DNA of 64,000 bases from Cercozoa sp. M6MM (Eukaryota; Protista; Endomyxa: Ascetosporea): the NCBI GenBank assembly GCA_040357565.1, contig JBDODJ010000028.1, one strand, 5' to 3'. The first letter of the stretch is position 1. Each line of letters begins with the position of its first letter. Positions 40,698-54,820 of this stretch are shown here, piece by piece. A program made the position numbers and the translations under genes. The notes below the pieces were generated by a model. The model was not told the DNA's origin. It saw only the letters and a list, made by a program, of their open reading frames with translations, and made no database searches.

Positions 40698-43192
40698 TTA
40701 ATGTATATTGTGCCACTGCCGCACTGCTGTGTCCATGTAAACTTCGCGTGGCAGAGGTGTGTGCCGTTGCCGAATGATGTTCCTGCAACGCACGGTAAAT
40801 AAATTTATACAGAACAGTCGGAAAAAAACGCACCGCGAGTACAGCTCAATCGGTCGAGCGAGTTTTGCAAAAGTGCGTCGTCGTTCCTTTTCGCTGTCCG
40901 ACAGCTCAGTCTTCTCGCTGCTTGTTAGTAGAAACTCAAGCGACGAAACACGCAGCCGAGACAGAAAAGGGAATGTTACACGGGACGAAATGCCTCGCGA
41001 CGCTGGTTGCACGAGGATCGGAAAGACCAAATCAAGGACTTAAGCGTTTCCAAGTCCACTCCTTCTTGAATGGCCTGGACATAAAAACACATACTCTTGC
41101 TTGCTTCAATACATACCACGGCGCCTTAGTCTGAATCACCAGATCTTGAGCCATGTTGGAGCAGTGGAAGTCGATTCCGCTACTCAAAGCAAATCAGGCA
41201 GCATCTACATGCGCGTCTCAAGACTGATGTATTATATTATAAATATACCTCGTCAGCAAGTCTCGTGCTTCCGGTGGAAGGACACTTTCAAGCGAACTAT
41301 TACCCCACAGACGTAAATACAACAGGGTTGATACCAGGGTAAGACAGCGTACACAGGTGTCGTGGGCGTCTTTTCTTCAAGCCAGAGCATCCAGTCCTTG
41401 CCGTCTTCTGCAATTTGAATACAAAAAACACAACAAACAGTGTATCCCAAAACTGCGAAGCACCTCTGGGTCGCAAAAATCGCTCCATCCAGACCAAGGC
41501 AGCGCGTCGTAGCATCAGAACGTCACCCTTCATGCCGCCAAACGACGCACGCATCATGAGAGCCGCGCTAGTGGAAATATGTCATCTGAAAGCACACAGT
41601 TATTGGATACGGATACAAGAAACGGACGTACACAAGTGAGGCAGCTTTCGGGTGCTCGCTCATTAATCGTTTGAATTCCGGGTTGCGCAACGTCGTGCCT
41701 GTCAGACTGCGCTCAGTGATACTCGCATGCCAGGGTACGCTGTCCCTCTCGGCATTGCTGCAGGTCGACGCGAGTGCAGTCAACACGTGCGACAGGTGGC
41801 ACTGGCGCAGCTGGAATTTTTTCGTACTCGCCGCCAGCATAAGCCACACGACAGCATCTACATCGCTGATGAGTAGATAGACAGCACAGCCCACACTTCA
41901 GGTTTACCAAAGAAAGGCGACAGCATGGCATCTTCCATAATGATCACCTGTGCAGACAACATCCAGGGTATGACACATTTGCAGGCTAGTGGGGTGGCTT
42001 GTGTTACGGGCAGGCGACGCAACAACTCTTGCGGTGTCACAGCCTGCATCAGCAGCAGACTCAATCGCACCTGGACCACGAACAAAACAAAATAAAAAAA
42101 CAGCAACGTCTATGGTAGTACACTAGGAATAGTGAGGCAGATACAGCACTGCGTGTTTGACCCCGTCGAACAGCCTTTTGCACCATAGATTTCAGCTGCG
42201 AAGGTGCTACAAATGAGGCACTCTACCTTCGTATCAAAAATGAAGTAATCGCGTAACACGTACAGAAACGATAGTGTCGTTGAATGTCGTTCGTGTGTCG
42301 GTTTAAAACAACAGCGTCGCTCGTTTTTACGTCGGTGAAATTCTGCAATCACGGAATGTTTAAAGTCCACAAAATCGGCTATTGTGCAATCTACCAAGTC
42401 GCCGTGTTGCATACAAACACAGGTGCAGTGATTTCCGGAGTCGCTGTGACCACCATCGGTGTCATCAGTAGAACACAAGACAATATGCTCGTGCAGCCAG
42501 ACGCGTGTGCGTTTCTGATCAGCTTCGCGGACTGCAACGCTTCCAAAGTACTTACTCACCTCGCGCACGCTACAGAACACAAAATACTGTGCTCCAACAC
42601 ATTGTACAAACTAATGACAAAACCGAGTAGGCGTTGCGTTGTTCTCTCCACACGGCACAACGCGAAAGTGGGGTCGACTGGTCGGCAAAAACGATCGCTC
42701 CTGCTCGCTGTGCTCGGTTTCTGGTTGCTTCATCTTCCGAGTAGGCCAGAGAAGTCCGGAATCACGCACATGAACTGTTACTCTGCGCACGCGTACTGCG
42801 TGGGGACAAGAGTGCGACGCTCTCTCGGCTGAGGGTGCACAGTGCAACACAAGGTGGAAGTCGAGCGCAGCATCGCAACGAGCGTTCTTTTGAAAGGCCG
42901 CCGACGGCACGCCGCATCGCTTGAAAAACGGGTGCACCGGTCGCCCAGATTCCGTTTGATCAGCTTCTGCCGACAAATCGATGACGCACTGTCGCTTGCG
43001 CGGCCGGAATCCATCAAACGAACGTTTCTTTCTCCTTGTGACTGACTTCTTGTCCCTAAATAAACACACAGGCTGTGTTGACGAAAACGATTCTGTTTTA
43101 TCAACGATCAGATTATCATACAGGCACCGATTGACGTGCCGTTCTATTGTCTCGACAGAATAAACGCCTTCACAGCAGGGACATGTTGGCAT
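40698..43192 (-). CDS. Uncharacterised protein: N-terminal UBZ4-type zinc finger plus MgsA/RarA C-terminal-like helical domain
   Basis: MPTCPCC...IERHVNRCL (UBZ4 pattern). Spliced LKSMVQKAVRRGQTRSAVRLSLLLMQAVTPQELLRRLPVIIMED, then VVWLMLAAS, RASFGGMKGDVLML, GIDFHCS and LKSLIWSFRSS. Confidence 0.65.
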
Positions 43193-43446
43193 AGCAGTAG
43201 CACAGCCATGAACACACGTGGGCCGCGGTTCCTTTGCGGTCATGCAGCCACCGCGTTTTGTATTTTTCGGCAACTTTGTTTCAACTACAGTACTCCTGTT
43301 TCTCCATGCCGGTGCCTGTTTTTGCACTGTTTTGCAGGCGTTAAGGAGTTTACACTAACGTTTTAGGCTGTTTGCACGACCAGCACTGCCTGAAAGTACA
43401 ACCCAACCCAGAACTGCACCGTGGGCGTGGCGAAACCCTGTGCACG

Positions 43447-45655
43447 ATGCGAGACAAAAATAGCTCACCATGTGGCGCCGAACGGCGCACAGTGACGCCA
43501 CTTTTGATAGAAGATGACGAGACTGCTACTGTGCGCGAACAACGCGGGATTTTGGGCAAGTTGGGTCGATTCTTTCGTAGCTTTGCTCCCACGGCCAGTT
43601 CAGAGGAGCTTGATGTCCGCGTCGCATCGACACCCGAAGAGGTACGAGTACTGTATTCTAACACCTGATTAAAGAGACGATAGCTTTTGTAGCTCGCGCA
43701 AATTGCGACGACTCGGCATTTCAACTTCGGTATTTCAACAAATCGCAGCGTTTTTGTGGATCGGAAAAATACGGAATAAAATAGTGTTGGCTTTGCTTGT
43801 ATCGTAGATTTTAGCATGACTGCACCAGACACTGAGAAGGAACAAATAAGCGTCTTAATTTCGGTAAACTTGTTCAGCTCGCAGTTCAGGGTTGTTGTAC
43901 AGTTTACCTGTATATTGACCTTCAACCAAACTTTTCGTGAGTTTGTGGAATTTACGTGCCTATATGAGGCGACTGCCTCAATTCTTGTCCGTTCGCTGCA
44001 TGGCTCGGTCGAGTGCTTCTAGCCAACACCACCTTCATGCTTGTCAATCGAATCAAATCTTTGCGTGTGCAGCCACGTCATGGCGAGCGCGAAATAGTGC
44101 TGCACCTGCCGGTGCTATCACCGAGCAACAACAGCAACGACAATAACAGCACCAGCAGTGGCAGTAGCAACAGTCGAAGCAATAGTTGCAGAAACAAGAG
44201 CAGAGACGTCGATGACAGTACAACACTTGGTAAGACAGACACGCTGAAAAGCACAAATATTGAAGCTAGCGAAATCGACGAAGACGATGAACTGTGTTGC
44301 CGTTACTGCTACGAGGATCTCCCCTCGGATGCTCACAACTTCAGCGTGTATATGATCCTTAGCTTGCCTGGCTGATTTGTTGTTTAGTTTCTATCATGCG
44401 CAACGGTATGTATATGGCATGTTTAGGTGCCACTGTAGCGGCATGCTGTGTCGTTTGTGCCTTCAGGTGAATTAAGTTTTAATGTGGTTCCTGGTGTGAT
44501 GCTATGTTATCGTGTTGTGTCATATCTAACCGTGTGGGTTCGCAGAGAGAACTGGCACTCACACTGAGTAGACAGAACGGCGTAATGCAATGCACTGTAT
44601 GCAAGTACGAGCCTGCGGTCACACGATCGCTCTCTGCATCTGGTGCATTTTACATCTCAGCGCAGTCACTCTGATTTTATAATTGTACATGCTAAGCTTT
44701 CATCTCGCTGTCGTGTCGCTCGGTACTCATTGCAGTTCTAAATCACCGAGAGTTCTTTGTTGTTATGCTTTGTTGTGCATGTCGACGCATATATACAGTT
44801 TTTGCGATCGATGCTGCTTCGACGTCGTCCTGGTGGCATGGGAGCTGGCGAAGTTATCTACTTTATCATGTTGCAACTTGGCATGATGGTAATTTACTTA
44901 CCGGTTCATCTGTCCTTTTATATTTGAAGTCCGAATGGTCTTCTAGGGATGGTTGCTTTTGTCTGCGCTGTGCTTTTCTCCCAATAGCAACTTTGGCACC
45001 GTCAACGTGAGTACGGTACTCTTGCTTGACACTTGCGTATCGAGTGTGGTCGACCTCGTGTCCGTTGATTTAGATGTCTCAAATAGTACTGGCTCGGACT
45101 GGCAGTTGTGTGTCTCGACGCGCTCATTGCAGTCGCTTTGATGTAAACGAGCCAATGGATTTCCAATTCAGTATCAAACCTATCATAAGTTTACACCACA
45201 CATGCAGGTACATCTTTGGAGGGTTACCACGTGTGAGACATAGCGTTTCGCCGCTACCCCTGTGCGCGGCCTACATTGTACCTTACGCTACACTGCCTCG
45301 TGATCGCACGATGCCATCTGTGTGGTTTGATTCGTGAGCACAGGTTCGCGCGTGGTTGATGTCACGCTGGCACAATGACTTTGCGAGTTGGAAGCTTAGC
45401 TCTCCAAACAGCTTTGTTTTTTACGCGGTTCGATCCTTATCTTCGCTGTCAAATGTTGCATCCTATATGTTTCCCACCGTGCAGGTTTGGTTGCTGTCGT
45501 TATGTGGAGCCTCTGGATTCTTCGTACTGTGGATACGCCTGGTGCGTCGCATTGCGCTCCGTATGTTCACCGTCCATGCCGGTCTGTACGTCGATTCACG
45601 AGGTCCGTTCAAGCTCAGCGAAATCTCGCGGACATTGCAGACTCAGAATCAATGA
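43447..45655 (+). CDS. RING-CH (MARCH)-like zinc-finger membrane protein, putative E3 ligase
   Basis: Spliced CRYC...SVCHCSGMLCRLCLQRELALTLSRQNGVMQCTVCK followed by several hydrophobic exons and ...RTLQTQNQ*. Confidence 0.55.
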
Positions 45656-45924
45656 CACATGACGGCATCCGATCCGCCACGGTCGACACGATGGATAGCT
45701 TTTGCAGTACTACTGATTACTTTCCTCACTGGCAGTCGAAATCGCCAAATACGTTGTACATTCGGTAGACTTTTTGCTCCTAGACTATTATTGGTCGGCG
45801 CTCTACATGAAGACAATACACCTTAAATTCAGCGATTTTTACTCATGCATCGCGTTTTAGAGTGCCAAATGACGGGTTGGATACTGACTCTTCCTTCGTT
45901 TAAAACTAAAATCAGTAAAATCCG

Positions 45925-46805
45925 TCACGTCAGCTCATTGCCAAGAATGACAGCTTCTGGGTTCGCGAGCAGGTCATCCACATCGCGAAGCGAAACCACC
46001 TATCAACAAACAATTATTTACAGTTTTTAAACAATTAAACCACCTATCAACAAACAATTATCATCGCGAAGCATACATGATCTCCGTATCCGTACTCCAA
46101 AATAATGCTCAGTGCATCCTGCGATACGTTAAACCGCTGTCTCATCTGCTGCACCACTTCCACGGCTCGCACACGCAATTGCGCACGCATGCAAAAGTAC
46201 ACCAAGTCGCTACAAGAGGAAGTCAGGCACACATGTATCTGTTTTCGACCTCAATCGCCGACACATACACACGCCGTAACGCAAAGTTACCCGGTTGATG
46301 TAAGCGTGTAATGCTTCCGAGGCGAGAGTACACGCATGCACTTGGCTACATACAACTCGCCTGGCTTAGGCTGAGCCTCCTGTGCCATTAAAATCACGCG
46401 ATGGCTGGCCGAATTCATTCATTCGCATAAATTGATGCTACCAGAAGTTGTTGCCGGCGACGAAAGTACTCTGTGCTGCTAATCCCTGGACAGCAATTTC
46501 TTCAGAGACACCCGCAACAACACGAGATAAACTGAAGAAAAACACTAAGTGTACCATCAAAAGAGTTCAGGACACCAGCGTCCTGGCACACCACTCCTGT
46601 GAAGGCACGATCCAGCAGCGTAGCAACTGCTTTCTACACTCAGAACACTTGCATCACGCAAAGAGCAAAGGGGCAACTCAAAATTTGAAGGCACCGGCAA
46701 CAGCGGCAAGCCGTTGTCATGCAAGCCTTGCAGCAGCAATGTGGCAATATGCCACGCACGGTGCAGCGATCGACAGTCCATCTTGGTGTCTGGCTCGGCT
46801 CCTGT

Positions 46806-46844
<39 letters not shown>

Positions 46845-47993
46845 TTGTAACAAAAGGTTAAAACATCTACGCGCAAGAGCACGAGTCAAAGCCGGGTACC
46901 GAACCACTCGCGGGCGCCGACCCAAGAATAAAAGCGCTTAAAGAATGCGCTCTCATCAAAGCCCACGCACGTGTTGGGTCGAGTGTGCAACTCCAGCTCC
47001 AGCAATCGCACAGCTCGTTGCATGCGACGCAGACGAAACTGCATGTCTCGACGTAGTGCCCCTGTAGACGATACATTTCATGACGCCAGGGTTTCGTTTA
47101 AAGGGAGGGCGGTGTACCCACGTTGTTTTCCCCAAAGCCCGCGTTCGCAAGCGATGGACGCGCTTTAAGTGCCTGCAGCACCACTTGCAGACCTACACAA
47201 CGCAGCGAGGATAATGAGCACATCAGACAAGATGCACACAAGCGGACACACAAGAGTGCAGTCAGTGTCGTACCATATCCCACAGGTTGCGGCGACAGCA
47301 GTGGTTGCAGCGAGAAAACGCGACGCACCGCGCGTAGCAAGCGTTGGCACTCGATTGGCGCCAGAGGCAGCAATAGTGTCGTAATCATCTTTGAAAAGGT
47401 ACCAAATAAAAACAGCATACACGTACAGAAACGCTGCAGGAACAAAGCTACAGTTCGCTGGAAGGAGATGACCACCTCGTGGTCCGGACTGACGCTCATG
47501 TCGAAAGAGTGATTGTTGCTACGCATAGTCACATTGGCCCACGTCCAAGACATTGCAGAAAAACGAGCACCAAGCAAACGAGACAACGCGAGCTAACACG
47601 TGCACTTGCAGTCGGTTGACGTAGTCAACTTCAAGTCCACCGTCGGGCAGTCGCACCTGACGACACAGCGGAAAGTCATCGAGCTCGTCTTCCTCGCAGT
47701 CGTCGTCGTAGCCACTGGTGAGACATACGGCCACCATTGCCGGTGACGCAACTATGCACATACATCGGGCTACACACACAGACACACAGACACACAGACA
47801 CACAGACACACAGACAAACACCTCAAGTTAGGACAGTGGTACAGCAACCAGCCTGCAAGAGCAGGTCTACGCACTCGAAGTGGCCCAGCGACGCCGCCAG
47901 CGTGCCGAGCGTATTTCGGTGCCGAGACGGTTGCTTCTGCTGCATCGTGATCGAGCTTGGTCCGCGACCTGCCTGTTGGCAGAGTCGCATGCA

Positions 47994-48044
<51 letters not shown>

Positions 48045-50400
48045 GCATGGTGCATAGTAGTGTATGCAGTACAGCGGCGCGTTTTTGAGGCAAGTGGAGC
48101 GATGAGTTGCGCTCGAACAGGGTGCGCCGCGTGCGAATGTCGTCCAAGGGGACGTCGATGCTGCAGATGCAAGTACAAACACAAAGGTACAGACAAGTGC
48201 AGACAAAGATAGCCAGTACTGTGCGAGCAGCATGGCGAGAAGTTCCGGGTCGTTCTCGAGAACAGCGCTACGTAAAACGTTTCTGTTCGGCTACTCAAAT
48301 ATCCAAAGTATCCTGGAACGCAAACACAGTCACACGGCAGAGCAAGCAAAAAGAGTGCTACCACGACGGTATTGGAGTCGAAGAGCGGCGCATCACGACG
48401 CGACATTATCGGATCGACCACTGCCCGAGCATGTGGCCCAGGAAGCGACTTGAGCACTCGTAGACACTCATCAATCACTCGGATCCACTGCGGCAGTGCA
48501 ACGAACACATCAAGCACAGTAACTCAGACACTAAAGTGACATACCTGCGAAGCGCCAGTATCATCGCCGACTTGACGCAGCTTATGAACGTTCTCGCACA
48601 TCGACAGCAACAAATAACTGCTGCGATACATGAGCGTATCGCGCACCAAATCCCTGTGAGGACACGACAGGCACCATGTGAACTGACTGCCGTTAAAAGT
48701 ATCAACACAGAAAGACGGAAATCTACCGATGCGCAACAAGATGTTTCCATGCCACACATGTACAACCAACGCTGAAACTCTGCAAGGTCATTGGAGCCAC
48801 CGTAACAGACAAAAGGGACAAAGCAGTAGAATGCCGTGGTACCAAAATTGCTGCCGAAAGAAGACGCCACCAATGCGTGTGCGGTTTCTCGATACTGCTC
48901 GCCTTTTTTCGGCTAGTTTCGCTTCTTTTGCTGTCTCCTGCGACACCCTCGGTGGCAGTGTCAGTGTTACAAATAAACACGTCGCCGCGTTCCATGCACA
49001 GCTACAATGACGCCGAATCTCACCGAGACTCCACTAGCTGACACACGAAGAAATTACCCGCAGAGCCTGAGTGTTGCCGCTGCGTGCAAGTGCTGTCACC
49101 ATCTGACGTCGCTGTGCTCACAACAGTCGTGTCAATGTTGTGAGATGACAAACACTTCATTGACGTAGAAAGGGTGAAGTCAAGCACAACGAACCACAGC
49201 AGGCTGGGCTAAACTGAGGTGCTCGATAATTCGAGCCAACGCCTCGCGGTCTGACGCGTACCTAGCGCACTAAGACACGCAGAAACACATACAGGCAGTC
49301 AGATACGGAGAAGAAAAGGACACACAGCGATCTGCAAGGCCAGTTTCCGTTGCGAGATTAAGAAATCGCTACACACTCAAACAGGTGAATTTCTTTCTCA
49401 AAATCAATTGTTTTTCAAGGCGGAGAATGTACTATCGCATGACGAGTGTTTGCGAAGCTAGGTGCGAAAATCCGTGCGTTCGCTGCGTTAGTTGGTACGC
49501 AGCTTCCAGCAAGGCAAGAATAGTGCTGCACGTCGCTGCGCACAGCACGCACAGGTGGTAGGTACACTCACGACCACAAAGACTAAAGACAAACGACAAA
49601 GTACACTTGTGATGCAGAGCCACAAACGTTAGCACAGTGAAGTCTGCCGCAAGAACAAACAAGAATAAACAAATACAACAAAATGTGGTGGAAGAGCAAG
49701 GTACTTTCACGAGCAAAGTATTTTGACGTGTCACGCAGCTGGAGGTGGCCAGCTGCAGGTGTACATTATTTCACTTGACAAAAATTCACAAAAACACAAC
49801 GCACGGGTCGAGTTTTCGTCGACAGGCCAATCAAAGCTCTTCTTTTGCCCAGCCGGTAGATCACACTCCGCGAGTTCTTCGCCTGCACAACAAAGACCAG
49901 CTGGATGGCAGGTTTCGTGCGCGCGAACTGCATCATTACCGAGGAATTCAAGCCAACTGTCAACCTTCGCATCGTACCTACCGCGCTTAGAGTATACTGG
50001 GCTGAGTATACATTTGCACATGTGAAGTTTACTCAAGGTTTCTGTTCGTCTCGATTTGGTATACTATGTCGCTGGCGCTCACTTGCGGCTACCACCAAAG
50101 GACACGATGCACAAGACATACTGGAAAATGACTTTTCCGTACTCCTTGCCGAGGGCCAGGTGCGCTCGATGAAACTCCCATTTGACACAGAAAAAACTCG
50201 GCCGTCTGACCAGGATCTATCGAAACGCCTACAGAACTGAGAGAGGGTGAAACTTAGAGCTTATAGCTGTACCTAGCAGCTACAGCAGTACATCTGTGAC
50301 GTTCCTGCTCAGACAGAGCACGAACAGCCGTGACGGGACCGGTCGGGGCGGCATCACACCGGCAGCAGTACGACCATCTCCGCATGTACGTACAGCTGTA
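45925..50400 (-). CDS. Multi-exon gene with at least one ankyrin-like repeat (5' extent uncertain; may be more than one gene)
   Basis: TLAASLGHFECVDLLLQAG (about 47850-47910) fits the ankyrin consensus. Terminal exons ...LEYGYGDH|VVSLRDVDDLLANPEAVILGNELT*TGA at 45925-45927. Confidence 0.4.
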
Positions 50401-50504
50401 TCCCAGGTACCGAGCATACGAAATGTGCTTCGACTGTAACGCAATTTGATTAAACATACACATACGTTCAGTTGGATCAACACGACACATAGACGCGCAA
50501 TAAA

Positions 50505-52455
<1,951 letters not shown>

Positions 52456-52818
52456 TATACTAAAAACACGCTGCTAGACACAAGCTTGAACCACAGTTTG
52501 ATTAATTTGCTGGCTTGTTTGATTCAACGAGTCGTTTGGCAGTACTGGACTGTACTCAGTCAGTACTGGACCGTTAAACCGAGTTATTGGCTACAAAAGA
52601 TTGGCACCAAAACAACAGCATGGTGTTTTGCCTGCTCTAAGCAGCCAGGCGCTGGTCTCTGTTCTTTTGCAAGCGGCTTGCAGGGTTATTGAGGTTGTTC
52701 TGAGACACAACACAGCAACACACAAGGAAGGTACCCAAAGGTAGATGATGGTCAGTTTTGGTCCCGCCGAAGCGTCACGATCTGTCCGTCATACCTGCGA
52801 GTGGTTCTACAGATGGTG

Positions 52819-53652
52819 ATGCGCCGTGTTTCCGAGCCGCAGCACTACATATCACTGGATGCACGTGCGAGTATAAGCAAGACGCGTACCCCACCTGGCC
52901 AAGAGCGCTATTCGTCTTCGGTGAAGGTAAAATGTTTTGGCGGGCTGGGGATTGCCTAACTTGAACATGGTTTAATTTGTGTGGCATGTTTTAGGCTGGT
53001 CTCGTTGTGTTGGGCCTACTGTGCGTGGGGATTTTCTTTCACGTGTTGTCTTCGCCTCTGTACGGGACCAACACGGTCAATCTGAACCAGCATGGAAACG
53101 GGGGTCTTCGCGATGTTGTCGACGGTGAACTGAACGATGGCTTTGACACCAACAACGAAAATGACGGCATGAACGTCGATGTGCCCAAGAAATTCGTAAA
53201 AGTGCTCCCTGCCACGACGCTCTTGGCCGAGCCACGCCTCCAAGTCCACGTTCAGTCGAGTCGCCAGAGCATGGCCTCGAGCTCTCACTTTCGTGCACTT
53301 ATGGTGACAAGTGGTACTTGCTCTCATACCCTTACTTGACAGTTTCTGAACATACTGGCTGACGGTGTGTTTTCGCAGAAATGCACGGTAGCACCGACAA
53401 CCTGCGCAGTGAGATTGTTTTGCATGTCGGTGGTGGCTCGCTGTGTGGACACCACGGTTCAAAGCACACCGGCATTTCGAATGATGGTGTCAACTCGTAC
53501 TTTGACGATGGTACCATCGTGCTAATGCTTGGAGACGCCGTCTATGCGATGCAAACACCAACGTCAGAACTTTTGCATCGCTATGCGCTATCTGGTACGT
53601 GTGTCTGTGTCTGTGTCTGTGTCTGTGTCTGTGTCTGTGTGTGTGTGAGTGT

Positions 53653-53704
<52 letters not shown>

Positions 53705-54628
53705 CTGTTGCTTGGGTACAGAGTCGGCGTTCTGTGCTGCCGTTAAAAGCAAGTGGTACCACGATCCCTCCGTTGAGCACGAGGAGGAGCTTGCTACATG
53801 CCGTGCGCGGTTTCTGTGGAGCACTGACGACAACCTCGGCGCTTGGCTTACCGTATCGATACTGTTTGCTACCTTCTGTTTGTTTAATCCTACCCTCTTT
53901 TAAGCAGCGGTTGAGCAACGTTCCCTTTGTGTGCGGCGAACTACGCGCCTTTCGAGACAAGTACGGCGAAAACAGCGTTCCTCGCCTCTCGCGCATGCCA
54001 GCTCTCTCTGCGGTGGTGAGTTAAACTCTTCTTCTTGTACTCTTAATCGCTCGGAGAAAAGACTCTTGCGATATTAGAGCGAGGTGGACATGCGAAATTC
54101 GCTGAGTATTTCGTACCCAAGTGAAACCCCCGTCAACAGTCGCGGTTTCGTTCTCTCAGCTGCAGAGAAATTCGCTCCCGAGATTAGCGCACTTGTCGAC
54201 TTGCGGTACGTCCTTCTCTCATTCTTCTGCTTCTTTACTTGCAATACTAGGAGGTGCTGTAGTCAGTTGCCTGGAGTCCGTCTTTTTAAGAGCGCCGACG
54301 ATGAGATCGGTGGCATTGACGTTGAGGTCACCAACATGCTGTGGTTTCAGCGAGTCGAATCTGGTGCTGTAAGTTTGATCAGTTTGAAAATCTATGCGTA
54401 CGCGCGATGAAGTGCATTTGGCAGGCCCACCCGGACTACGATCGCCTTGTCAAACATAGGCGTGCTCTCGAGCAGATGCAAGACGCTGAGGAACAACAGG
54501 AAAAGCTAGAGAAAAAACGCAAGGTCGCTCAAATTGCACATGAAAACGACAATGGTGGTGCGAATGCAGATGAAGACGACGGGAAGCCAGCCAACGTGAA
54601 AAAGCCATGGGGGAAACCAGCGCCATAG
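52819..54628 (+). CDS. Type II membrane protein of unknown function
   Basis: Short N-tail, TM segment GLVVLGLLCVGIFFHVL, N/D-rich stem, globular region and charged C-tail ...KPWGKPAP*. Splice phases are consistent; the start is tentative. Confidence 0.55.
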
Positions 54629-54820
54629 CTACAGTTTTAGAACATCTAGTGTCACGTGGAATATAATAAATAGAAAAAACTGAATAAAAATAAATAACCA
54701 AACCTACACAAGATACTGTTAAAGTTGCGAATTTATTCTTCAGCTGTTAAAGTTTCTGTTCAGCTTTTACAGTTTCTGTGCTTTTAAAGTTTCTGTGTGT
54801 GTCAGCGTCTGCTTAAGACC

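Noticed and set aside
44388-44405. In-frame 18-nt micro-exon inside the RING-domain intron
   Set aside because: It would require a 21-nt second intron, far shorter than any other intron read here.
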